Positions 56,642 through 64,000 of a stretch of DNA of 64,000 nt are shown here, one piece after another; positions within the stretch are counted from its first letter, which is position 1; the number at the start of each line of letters is the position of its first letter. The stretch is from Parcubacteria group bacterium LiPW_15. GTDB taxonomy: Bacteria; Patescibacteriota; Minisyncoccia; UBA6257; 2-01-FULL-56-20. The DNA lies in NCBI GenBank assembly GCA_007375645.1, contig VMER01000001.1, positions 273,211 to 337,210 on the forward strand, read 5' to 3'. The position numbers and the translations under genes are program-made. The notes under the pieces were generated by a model. The model did not search any database and had not been told where the DNA came from. It was given only the letters and a program-made list of their open reading frames with translations.

Positions 56642-56995
56642 TTATATCTTTAATCCTGCTTCTCTTGCGGCTTCGGCCAAAGCCTTAACGCGCCCGTGAT
56701 ATCTGTAGGCACCGCGATCGAAAATAACTCCGGCAAGTTTTAGCTCCTTGGCCTTCTTAGCGATCTCGTCACCAACAAGCTTTGCGGCATCTATCTTCGC
56801 TTTTTTGCCCTTCACAAGATTTCTCGAAGAAACCGAAGCCAGAGTTTTCATGGCCTCGTCGTCGATAAGCTGGGCGTAAATGAACTTGTTGCTACGAAAA
56901 ACCGAAAGGCGAGGGATCGCTTGGGTTCCTTGGAGTTTGGCGCGGGTGCGCTTGGCTCTCCTTTCTTTTCTTTCATAAAGTAGTTTCTGTTTCAT
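56642..56995 (-). CDS. rplR: 50S ribosomal protein uL18
   Basis: PRLSVFRSNK.IYAQLIDD, FDRGAYRYHGRVKALA. Confidence 0.98.
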   Translation of the reverse strand: MKQKLLYERKERRAKRTRAKLQGTQAIPRLSVFRSNKFIYAQLIDDEAMKTLASVSSRNLVKGKKAKIDAAKLVGDEIAKKAKELKLAGVIFDRGAYRYHGRVKALAEAAREAGLKI

Positions 56996-57000
56996 GAGAT

Positions 57001-57546
57001 TTATGCGGCAGCGGCACCGGCTTTCTTGCCGACCTTACGCACTATCACTTCGCCCTGGTAGTGAATGCCTTTTCCTTTGTACGGCTCCGGTTTTTTCTTC
57101 GCGCGGATGGTTGCAGCAATTTCACCGACCATTCCCTTATCCACGCCGGAAATCTTTATCTGGTTCTTTTCTACGGCAATGGTGATCCCGGCCGGAGCAG
57201 CGATCCTTATCGGATTAACAAAGCCCAAAGAAAGAACGATCGTGGTCCCCTCCATCGCAGCTTTGTAACCGACTCCTTCGATCTCCAGCACTTTTTGAAA
57301 ACCATCTTTCACGCCCAAAATCGCGTTCTTAACGAGAGAAGCGGTAGTGCCGGTGTTGGCCAAGGCCTGCTTGCTGTTACCGGTAGTCGTTATCTGCACC
57401 GCACCGTCCAAAATTTCTGTTTTCACAAAAACCGGAACCTTCACGGGATGCTCGCCCTTCGGGCCCTTAAAAATAAGCCTGCCGTCTTCCTCGCGGACGG
57501 TGACCCCTTCAAGTAATTTAATCGGTTTTTTAGCTAGTCTAGACAT
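57001..57546 (-). CDS. rplF: 50S ribosomal protein uL6
   Basis: MSRLAKKPI, KGPKG, GVGYK, PEPYKGKGI. Confidence 0.98.
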   Translation of the reverse strand: MSRLAKKPIKLLEGVTVREEDGRLIFKGPKGEHPVKVPVFVKTEILDGAVQITTTGNSKQALANTGTTASLVKNAILGVKDGFQKVLEIEGVGYKAAMEGTTIVLSLGFVNPIRIAAPAGITIAVEKNQIKISGVDKGMVGEIAATIRAKKKPEPYKGKGIHYQGEVIVRKVGKKAGAAAA

Positions 57547-57550
57547 ATTT

Positions 57551-57931
57551 TTACCAAATTTCGCAAAGATATTCGCCGCCGACTTTTTCTTTGCGGGCTT
57601 CCCGGTTGGTCATAACTCCTTTTGAGGTGGAAAGTATGGAAATTCCGTAACCCTGCTTAATGGGCAGGAGTTCCTGGTATCCTTTATAAATTCGCCGTCC
57701 GGGCTTGGAAACGAGTTTGAAATCGGTGAAGTTCGGCTCCTTGCCTTTATAAGAAACCTTGACCTCCAAGAACTGCTTTTTGCCTACTTCTTTTTTGTGC
57801 GCACTCCTAAGATAGCCGGCGGAAACCAGTATTTTTGCGAGGGCCAAATCCATGTTCGAATAAGAAGTTTGAATAAACTCTTTTCTGGCTCTGGCGGCGT
57901 TTTTAATTTTTGGAAGTAAGTCGTAATACAT
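57551..57931 (-). CDS. rpsH: 30S ribosomal protein uS8
   Basis: SKPGRRIY, STSKGVMT..EAR...VGGE. Confidence 0.97.
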   Translation of the reverse strand: MYYDLLPKIKNAARARKEFIQTSYSNMDLALAKILVSAGYLRSAHKKEVGKKQFLEVKVSYKGKEPNFTDFKLVSKPGRRIYKGYQELLPIKQGYGISILSTSKGVMTNREARKEKVGGEYLCEIW

Positions 57932-57936
57932 ATTAT

Positions 57937-58122
57937 TTACCAGGAAGATTTTTTAACGCCCGGGATGTAGCCGGCGGTCGCAAGTTCGCGGAAGCAGATC
58001 CTGCAGATTCCGAAAGCGCGCATATATCCTCTCTTCCTGCCGCAGCGAAAACAACGCCTCACAATGCGAGTGGAGTATTTCGGCGTCTTTTTGCTTCTTG
58101 CGACTACGGAAGTTTTTGCCAT
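57937..58122 (-). CDS. rpsN: 30S ribosomal protein uS14 (zinc-binding type Z)
   Basis: RCFRCGR..GY...[10 protein letters not shown]; 61 aa. Confidence 0.98.
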   Translation of the reverse strand: MAKTSVVARSKKTPKYSTRIVRRCFRCGRKRGYMRAFGICRICFRELATAGYIPGVKKSSW

Positions 58123-58667
58123 TATTTTTTGTTAGATTTCCTTCTCTTGCGCCCCCTACCTTTTGCCTTGGCTTCCTCTCCCTTCATGAACGGAACCCCG
58201 AGCTTTTTATAGGTTTCGATCATCTCCAAGCGCTTATATGACTTCGGAACAATGTTCACGCCGAAAGAAAAGCTGAAATGAGATTCCTCCGGATTGAGTT
58301 CCGGGAAAACGCCCTGTTCCCTGAAGCCGACATGCAAAGTTCCCCGTTCATCCACGGTACCCACGGAAAGGCCCTTAAAGTCATGAACACGAGGTAATAC
58401 TATTCTATTCATACGCTCAAAAAAATCAACCATTTTCTGGCCCCGGAGGGTTACAACCACCCCGACCACCTGGCCCTCTCTGAGCTTAAAGCCGGCGATA
58501 GATTTCTTGGCGCGAGCCTCCTTCGGCTTCTGGCCGGTTATCTCGGAAATTTCTTTTTTTATTTCCGGCAAAATTTTGTCGTCAAAATTAGCCTGCCCCG
58601 AAAGTTTTCCGACTCCGACATTGACCACGATCTTTTCTAACAAAGTTTTTGGATTAAGTTCTTTCAT
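58122..58667 (-). CDS. rplE: 50S ribosomal protein uL5
   Basis: [40 protein letters not shown]. Confidence 0.97.
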   Translation of the reverse strand: MKELNPKTLLEKIVVNVGVGKLSGQANFDDKILPEIKKEISEITGQKPKEARAKKSIAGFKLREGQVVGVVVTLRGQKMVDFFERMNRIVLPRVHDFKGLSVGTVDERGTLHVGFREQGVFPELNPEESHFSFSFGVNIVPKSYKRLEMIETYKKLGVPFMKGEEAKAKGRGRKRRKSNKK

Positions 58668-58671
58668 GATT

Positions 58672-58971
58672 CTAGTTTGGGGCCTCGCATTTCTTGCAAT
58701 AACGGATCTTTAAGGAACCTTCGGCGCGGAAACCGACCCGGGTCGCTTTTTTGCAATTCTTACAAACAAGGGCAGCGTTCGAAGCGTCCACGGCGCGCGG
58801 TAAAAGAACGGTCTCGCCGGTCTTACCCTGCTGAGTCGGGCGTTTCCTTTTTTTGACGAGATTCAATCCTTCCACAACCACCTTGCCTTCCCGCGCCGAA
58901 AGAACCAAGCCGGTCTTGCCCCGATCCTTTCCGCTCAACATTTTAATTTGGTCTCCTTTCTTGAGGTTCAT
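58672..58971 (-). CDS. rplX: 50S ribosomal protein uL24
   Basis: KKGD.I...SGKDRGK.G, VEGLN; likely start MNLKK. Confidence 0.96.
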   Translation of the reverse strand: MNLKKGDQIKMLSGKDRGKTGLVLSAREGKVVVEGLNLVKKRKRPTQQGKTGETVLLPRAVDASNAALVCKNCKKATRVGFRAEGSLKIRYCKKCEAPN

Positions 58972-58975
58972 ATGT

Positions 58976-59344
58976 TTATACAATTTCTTCCGCCATGGTT
59001 ATGATCTTTTCGTAGCCGCGCCCCTTAAGCTCCCTGGGCATCGGGCCGAAAACGCGGGTGGAAACAGGTTCGTTCTTTGCGTTTATTATAACAGCCGCGT
59101 TCTCATCAAAACGGAGATAAGTTCCGTCAGCCCTCCTAAACGGCGCCTTGGCGCGGACCACAACACAGCGGACAATATCCTTTTTCTTGGTGGCCTTCCT
59201 CGGTTCCGCGGATTGGACGGAGGCGATAAATATATCCCCTATCCTCGCGTAGCGATGCCGGGTGCCTCCGAGTATGCGGAAACAGCGTACAAGCTTTGCG
59301 CCCGAGTTATCCGCGACTTTAAGAATAGAACGTTCTTGTATCAT
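58976..59344 (-). CDS. rplN: 50S ribosomal protein uL14
   Basis: MIQ..S.LKVADNSGAK, FDENAAVII, TRVFGP. Confidence 0.98.
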   Translation of the reverse strand: MIQERSILKVADNSGAKLVRCFRILGGTRHRYARIGDIFIASVQSAEPRKATKKKDIVRCVVVRAKAPFRRADGTYLRFDENAAVIINAKNEPVSTRVFGPMPRELKGRGYEKIITMAEEIV

Positions 59345-59345
59345 G

Positions 59346-59594
59346 TTATTTGATCTTTTCTACTATCTTAAATCTCTTTTCTTTGGAAAGAGGCCGGGTT
59401 TCTTCGATTATTACCACATCACCCACTTTATAGGCGTTCTCTTCGTCGTGGGCCTTAAACCTCTTGGTGACTTTATATAGACGCTGGTACTTCGGGTGCT
59501 TTCTGGTTCCGGATACCGCAACCACGCGCGTCTTGGACATTTTGTCCGAAACCACGATTCCCTGGATCCTTCTTTTTATAGGTTGTTTATCCAT
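59346..59594 (-). CDS. rpsQ: 30S ribosomal protein uS17
   Basis: [27 protein letters not shown]. Confidence 0.98.
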   Translation of the reverse strand: MDKQPIKRRIQGIVVSDKMSKTRVVAVSGTRKHPKYQRLYKVTKRFKAHDEENAYKVGDVVIIEETRPLSKEKRFKIVEKIK

Positions 59595-59781
59595 TTTGGT
59601 TTAAAAACGTCGAAAGCCTCGCGATTTTTTTCCTTAAGGCTCGCGGGGTCCTGACATTATTGAGTTTCCCGGCTTCCAAGTCAAACGTAGCCTTCCTTAA
59701 TTCGGCTTTAGTCTCGTTAAGCTCTTTCAAAAGCTCAACTTTCGGCTTGGTCCTCAATTCTTGTATATCTTTGCGCTTCAT
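59587..59781 (-). CDS. rpmC: 50S ribosomal protein uL29
   Basis: Operon position; ELR...EL...L, LRKKIAR..T. Confidence 0.93.
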   Translation of the reverse strand: MKRKDIQELRTKPKVELLKELNETKAELRKATFDLEAGKLNNVRTPRALRKKIARLSTFLNQNG

Positions 59782-59782
59782 A

Positions 59783-60193
59783 TTATTTGGATACGAATTT
59801 TACGGTAAACGGCATTTTGTGTCCGGCGCGGCGAAGGGCTTCTTTAGCGGTCGTAAGCGATACGCCATCGATCTCGAAAATTATTCTTCCGGGACGGACC
59901 GGGAAAACGTAGCGGTCAACGGAACCCTTTCCGCCACCCATAGTGAGCTCAGGCGGACGGGCAGTCACCGGCTTATCGGGAAAAACACGGATCCAAAGAC
60001 GTCCTTCGCGCTTTAAGAAGTTCGTAATAGTGCGGCGTCCGGCTTCTATCTGGCGAGAGTTGAGCCAAGCTGATTCCATGGCCTTAAGTCCGAATTTTCC
60101 GAAAGCCAAAGTGAGCCCGCGGGTCTCAACCGTTCTTTTCCTCGAACGTCCTTTATGCCACTTCCTATGTTTTACTTTTTTTGGTACGAGCAT
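59783..60193 (-). CDS. rplP: 50S ribosomal protein uL16
   Basis: PKKVKHRK, RQIEAGRR, WIRVFPDKPVT, MGGGKG. Confidence 0.98.
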   Translation of the reverse strand: MLVPKKVKHRKWHKGRSRKRTVETRGLTLAFGKFGLKAMESAWLNSRQIEAGRRTITNFLKREGRLWIRVFPDKPVTARPPELTMGGGKGSVDRYVFPVRPGRIIFEIDGVSLTTAKEALRRAGHKMPFTVKFVSK

Positions 60194-60199
60194 GGGAGT

Positions 60200-60919
60200 T
60201 TACTTGGTTTCTTTCTTCTTCCTTTCGAATATTTCGCCCTTATATATCCAAACTTTGATGCCGTTCGTGCCGTAAGAGGTATGCGCGGTCGCGGTTCCAT
60301 AATCAATATCCGCGCGCAGATTCTGCAAAGGCAAGGCGCCGAATTTCAAAACTTCGCGGCGGGAAATTTCATTTCCGTCGATACGGCCGGAAACTAGGAT
60401 CTTCGCTCCCTTCGCTTCCCGGTTCTGGCCGATGAAATCCAAATACTTTTTCATCGTGCGGCGGGTGGACATTCTTTTTTCAATATCCCAGGCAATCTGT
60501 TGCGCGGTGTATTGAGCGGAAATTTCCGTTCGCTTCAGCTCTTCAATGTTGACGCTCAACGGAACCGGCTGCTTTTCTTCGCGGATCTTTCGGATAGCGA
60601 TATCGATAGCCTTGGTCAGCTCTTCCACGCCTTTTCCTCCGCGGCCGATAACGAGACCCGGTTTCGCGGCTTTAATATAAACGCGGACATTGGAAGCAGT
60701 GCGCTCTATTTCGATGGAAGCAACTCCGGAAAGCGCGATCTTCTCGGCCACGGTCTTTCGAATAGCCTCGTCCTCCATGAGGAAACGGGCATACATCTTG
60801 GACTTCGGAATAGAGGTCTTCTTTCCTCCCTTTTCCGGAGGCAGCGCGAAGAACCATCTGGAAGACCAGTTCTTATTTATTCCTGTCCTGAAAGATTTTG
60901 GATTTATTTTTTGACCCAT
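60200..60919 (-). CDS. rpsC: 30S ribosomal protein uS3
   Basis: MGQKINP..FR.G, KPGLVIGRGG, SGRIDG, PLQNLRADIDY, GIKVWIYKG. Confidence 0.98.
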   Translation of the reverse strand: MGQKINPKSFRTGINKNWSSRWFFALPPEKGGKKTSIPKSKMYARFLMEDEAIRKTVAEKIALSGVASIEIERTASNVRVYIKAAKPGLVIGRGGKGVEELTKAIDIAIRKIREEKQPVPLSVNIEELKRTEISAQYTAQQIAWDIEKRMSTRRTMKKYLDFIGQNREAKGAKILVSGRIDGNEISRREVLKFGALPLQNLRADIDYGTATAHTSYGTNGIKVWIYKGEIFERKKKETK

Positions 60920-60924
60920 GTTAT

Positions 60925-61539
60925 TTATTCTCCTCCTTTATTGCCCGCTCCTCCGCCGGTCGGTCCGGCGTTTCTCTGGAAGACTTTCTTAAAGAAACCG
61001 GGGTTCTTCGGGCGTTTCGAAACTTTTTCGGGTTGTATCTTCGGCTTTTTCTTGGTGCCTTCTTCGTGAGTCAGGTGCTTCGTCTTTTTGTGCACCAATA
61101 TCTTGTAGCGGGAATTCTTAGCCTTCGTGTCTTCGGCCAGGATCAAAGTGATGTGGCTCATCTTCTTCTGTATCTCGGCCATGGAACCTTGGGCGCGGGC
61201 CATAAAACGCTTGAGCATCGGGCCTCCGTCCACGCGGATGGATTCGATCTTCAGCATTTCCATATTCAGCTTGCCTTTGGCCTTAGCCGCGGCGACCGCG
61301 GAACGCAAAAGCTTCAAGATCGGCTTGGCGGCGCGCTTGGTTACGAAAAGCAATTGAGCTTCCGCCTCATTGACGCTCATGCCGTTGATCAAGCTCGCAA
61401 CCAAACGAACTTTCCTCGGAGCCATCCTCAAGTAGTTGAGCTTCACGATCTGCTTCTCCTCGGCGCTAATCGGAGATTCGGAAACCGCCCGCTTTTCGCG
61501 GTTCAGATTCTTCCTCGGTTGTTTAGCCTGATTGCTCAT
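60925..61539 (-). CDS. rplV: 50S ribosomal protein uL22 with N- and C-terminal extensions
   Basis: LRMAPRKVRLVA, VDGGP.LKRF..RAQG, SHIT; 204 aa. Confidence 0.96.
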   Translation of the reverse strand: MSNQAKQPRKNLNREKRAVSESPISAEEKQIVKLNYLRMAPRKVRLVASLINGMSVNEAEAQLLFVTKRAAKPILKLLRSAVAAAKAKGKLNMEMLKIESIRVDGGPMLKRFMARAQGSMAEIQKKMSHITLILAEDTKAKNSRYKILVHKKTKHLTHEEGTKKKPKIQPEKVSKRPKNPGFFKKVFQRNAGPTGGGAGNKGGE

Positions 61540-61566
61540 TTTGTGGAATATTTCTTGGATAAAGGA

Positions 61567-61881
61567 TTATTTTTTAGCGGCAGGAGCGGCGGCAGGAGCT
61601 GCAGCCTTCTGCTCGATCTCTTTCTGCATCTTTCCGCCGTGGCGGGTGAATTTGCGGGTCAAGGAAAACTCTCCGAGCCTGTGCCCTACCATTTCCTCCG
61701 CAACTCTGACTTCGATAAAATCTTTTCCGTTATGGACGGCGAAAAGATAACCCACCATTTCCGGGGAAATTTCCGAAGCTCTCGCCCAGGTCTTTATTGC
61801 CGGACCTTCCGGCTTCTGCTTGGCGATCTTCGCGAGGAGATTCTGGTCCACATACGGACCTTTTTTGATTGAACGGCTCAT
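61567..61881 (-). CDS. rpsS: 30S ribosomal protein uS19
   Basis: MSRSIKKGPYVD, TWARAS, MVGHRLGEFS.TR. Confidence 0.98.
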   Translation of the reverse strand: MSRSIKKGPYVDQNLLAKIAKQKPEGPAIKTWARASEISPEMVGYLFAVHNGKDFIEVRVAEEMVGHRLGEFSLTRKFTRHGGKMQKEIEQKAAAPAAAPAAKK

Positions 61882-61887
61882 TTATGT

Positions 61888-62712
61888 TTATTTCTTATTC
61901 CTTCTTTTGACTATTAAGCGGTTAGTCGGCTTTCTCTTCGCTCGAGTCTTCCTACCGCCGGTAATGTTACCATAGACATCTTTCGGACGCTTGGTGCCGC
62001 GAGGCTGCGCGCCTTCACCGCCGCCGTACGGGTGATCCACCGGGTTCATCGCGGAACCGCGAACGGTCGGACGAACGCCCATGTGGCGAGACCTTCCGGC
62101 TTTGCCGATGTTAACAAGATTGTGCTCGATGTTCGAAAGCTGGCCCAAAGACGCGAATCCTTCCCAGAGGACGTGGCGGACTTCGCCGGACGGCATTTTG
62201 AGGTCGGTATAGCCATCGGCGTTCGCCAAAATTTCGGCGTAGCTTCCGGCGGAACGGATTATCTTTCCGCCCTGGCCAGGCTGGAGTTCAACGTTGTGCA
62301 CCTGGTAACCTACCGGAATATTTTTAAGCTTCATCCTGTTTCCGTTCTTAAGCGGAGTAGATTCGGCGATAAGAAGCGTCGCGCCCTTAGTGATGTTATG
62401 CGGAGCAAGAATGTAGGCGCGGGAATCGTTTTCATATTTAACGCGAGCGATAAAAGCGGTGCGATACGGATCGTATTCCACGGTTTCAACCAAAGCCTTG
62501 CCCGGCTTCATCTTCCAATCGATTATGCGATATATCTTTTTATTACCTCCTCCCTGGTGGCGCTGGGTAATACGACCGGCGGAATTACGGCCCGAATTCT
62601 GCTTAATTCTTATAAGCAGGGATTTATACGGCTTGTCGCCGGTGAGGAGCTTTTTATACTCCACATTGGTGGCCTGCCTTCTCGACGGACTTGTTGGATT
62701 ATGAACCTTCAT
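61888..62712 (-). CDS. rplB: 50S ribosomal protein uL2
   Basis: GRN..GRIT.RH.GGG, EYDPYR.A.IA, RSAG, GKAGRSR, MNPVDHPYGGGEG. Confidence 0.98.
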   Translation of the reverse strand: MKVHNPTSPSRRQATNVEYKKLLTGDKPYKSLLIRIKQNSGRNSAGRITQRHQGGGNKKIYRIIDWKMKPGKALVETVEYDPYRTAFIARVKYENDSRAYILAPHNITKGATLLIAESTPLKNGNRMKLKNIPVGYQVHNVELQPGQGGKIIRSAGSYAEILANADGYTDLKMPSGEVRHVLWEGFASLGQLSNIEHNLVNIGKAGRSRHMGVRPTVRGSAMNPVDHPYGGGEGAQPRGTKRPKDVYGNITGGRKTRAKRKPTNRLIVKRRNKK

Positions 62713-62737
62713 ATTATTTATAGTGAGCTTGTCGAAT

Positions 62738-63022
62738 CTATTTGGTTTGAGCGGTATCTATTTTTTCGCCCTCTTTGAGAGTAACCACGGCTTTCTTGTA
62801 TTCTTTCTTATCGCCGATCTTAAAGCCGTAGCGCTTGGCGCGGGAGTAAGAGCGGATAGTATTTACATCGTGAACCTTAACACCGTAGAGCGACTCTATC
62901 GCCTTTCTTATTTCCGGCTTGGTGGCTTTTTTCGCGACCATGAAAACATATTTGCCGCCTTCCTGCATTATCGTGGCCTTTTCGGTAAGACCGATTTTTC
63001 TGATCAAAAGAGTGTCAGCCAT
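62738..63022 (-). CDS. rplW: 50S ribosomal protein uL23
   Basis: TEKA, YVF.V...ATK.EI..AIE..YGVKV..VNT, YKKAVVTL. Confidence 0.97.
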   Translation of the reverse strand: MADTLLIRKIGLTEKATIMQEGGKYVFMVAKKATKPEIRKAIESLYGVKVHDVNTIRSYSRAKRYGFKIGDKKEYKKAVVTLKEGEKIDTAQTK

Positions 63023-63023
63023 T

Positions 63024-63740
63024 TTATATCTTGTAGTGGTTAGCGATAGTTTCCACGGCCTTTTCCTCGATGAGTAAGTGCTTGTAGTTCAAAATATCGT
63101 AAACGTTCAACGAATTGGAATCCAAAACCTTGGCTTTCGGCAAATTGCGGGTGGCTCTCGAAAGATTTTTGGTTTCGGTTCCGTAGACCAAAAGCGCATC
63201 GTATTTCTTGGTGCTCTTCGGCCTTCCGACAAGCGCGGTTAAGGCGGTCGCCATGAGGGCGGTCTTTGGTTTTTCGATATCAAAAGCCTTTACGATCTTT
63301 ATCTCGCCGTCTTTGAATTTCCTGGAAAGCACGGAGAAGAGCGCGGTGCGCTTCATTTTCTTGTTAACTTTCTGGGTGTAGTCTCTCTCTTTGGTCGGAC
63401 CATGGGATTTGCCGCCACCCTTCCAGATAGGCGAACGGATAGAACCGTGCCTGGACCTTCCGGTTCCCTTTTGCTTCCACGGCTTCCTGCCGCCACCGCG
63501 GACCTCGCCTCTCCCCTTCGCATGCGCCCAGGGACGGCGAAGATTGGCCATTTGGGCCAGAACAACCTGCTTAATGAGTCCCGGATTCCAGGAAACTCCA
63601 AAGACTGACTTCGGCATTTCAATTTTACCGACAGCCTTGTTGTTGAAGTCAAAAACTTCCGCCTCCATAGAACCCAAAGCGACCGCTTTCGGTTTTCTTA
63701 CGGACGGAGCTTTTTTAGTTTTTTTGGAATCGGTCGCCAT
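63024..63740 (-). CDS. rplD: 50S ribosomal protein uL4
   Basis: RGEVRGGGRKPWKQKGTGRSRHGS.RSP.WKGGG..HGP. Confidence 0.98.
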   Translation of the reverse strand: MATDSKKTKKAPSVRKPKAVALGSMEAEVFDFNNKAVGKIEMPKSVFGVSWNPGLIKQVVLAQMANLRRPWAHAKGRGEVRGGGRKPWKQKGTGRSRHGSIRSPIWKGGGKSHGPTKERDYTQKVNKKMKRTALFSVLSRKFKDGEIKIVKAFDIEKPKTALMATALTALVGRPKSTKKYDALLVYGTETKNLSRATRNLPKAKVLDSNSLNVYDILNYKHLLIEEKAVETIANHYKI

Positions 63741-63742
63741 GT

Positions 63743-64000
63743 TTACTTGGTTTTAATAATTTCCAAAACTCCATTGATCGCGCCTGGAACCGCGCCTTTT
63801 ATAAGGAGCAGGTTCTTTTCCGGATCAACTCCGACGATAGTCAAGTTGGTAACGGTAATGCGGGTGTCGCCCATGTGTCCGGCCATTCTGTGGCCCGGAG
63901 TAACACGCTGCGGAGCGGTCGCGCCGATAGAACCAACGGCTCTCTGGCGATTTTTCTGACCGTGAGTAGCGGGGCCGCCATGGAAGCCGTGGCGCTTAAC
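63743..64000 (-). CDS. rplC: 50S ribosomal protein uL3 (partial; 5' part lies outside the window)
   Basis: [15 protein letters not shown]...GSIG...PQRV.PG.RMAGHMG...KGAVPG. Confidence 0.96.
   Translation of the reverse strand, partial: VKRHGFHGGPATHGQKNRQRAVGSIGATAPQRVTPGHRMAGHMGDTRITVTNLTIVGVDPEKNLLLIKGAVPGAINGVLEIIKTK

Noticed and set aside
60898-61872. 324-aa plus-strand ORF and other antisense ORFs across the ribosomal operon
   Set aside because: Shadows of conserved ribosomal protein genes.

Overview
A 64-kb chromosomal segment, most likely from a Patescibacteria (CPR/Parcubacteria-like) genome. The S10-spc operon lacks rpmD (uL30), the dcw cluster is reduced, and nearly all genes are on the minus strand. 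Core content: tpiA, mraZ-rsmH-ftsL-ftsI-murF, rplJ/rplL with an L10 leader, rpmG, dnaE, lysS, greA, map, adk, secY, the S10-spc ribosomal block and five tRNAs. Accessory content: a CHASE/PAS/GAF sensor kinase with two response regulators, a cohesin/dockerin surface-protein pair, a CsoR-controlled copper operon, MacAB-like and RND exporters, and an AT-rich defence island (about 24.2-29.1 kb). Best candidate for a new system: a Lamassu/ABC-three-component locus whose LmuA-like protein has no recognisable enzymatic effector. Its N-terminus instead shares a 14-aa motif (N-x-Q-x-S-x-G-D-x-A-L-N-[IV]-[IV]) with a 64-aa single-TM protein encoded directly upstream, which suggests amyloid-type signalling to a membrane effector. 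Second candidate: a 20-bp palindrome inserted precisely into three broken tRNA copies, one of them flanking a small GIY-YIG nuclease gene. Also noted: mini-elements duplicating tRNA 3' ends, and orphan genes built as promoter-SD-ORF-terminator cassettes where resident genes look leaderless. All calls come from reading motifs by eye; no database searches were run.
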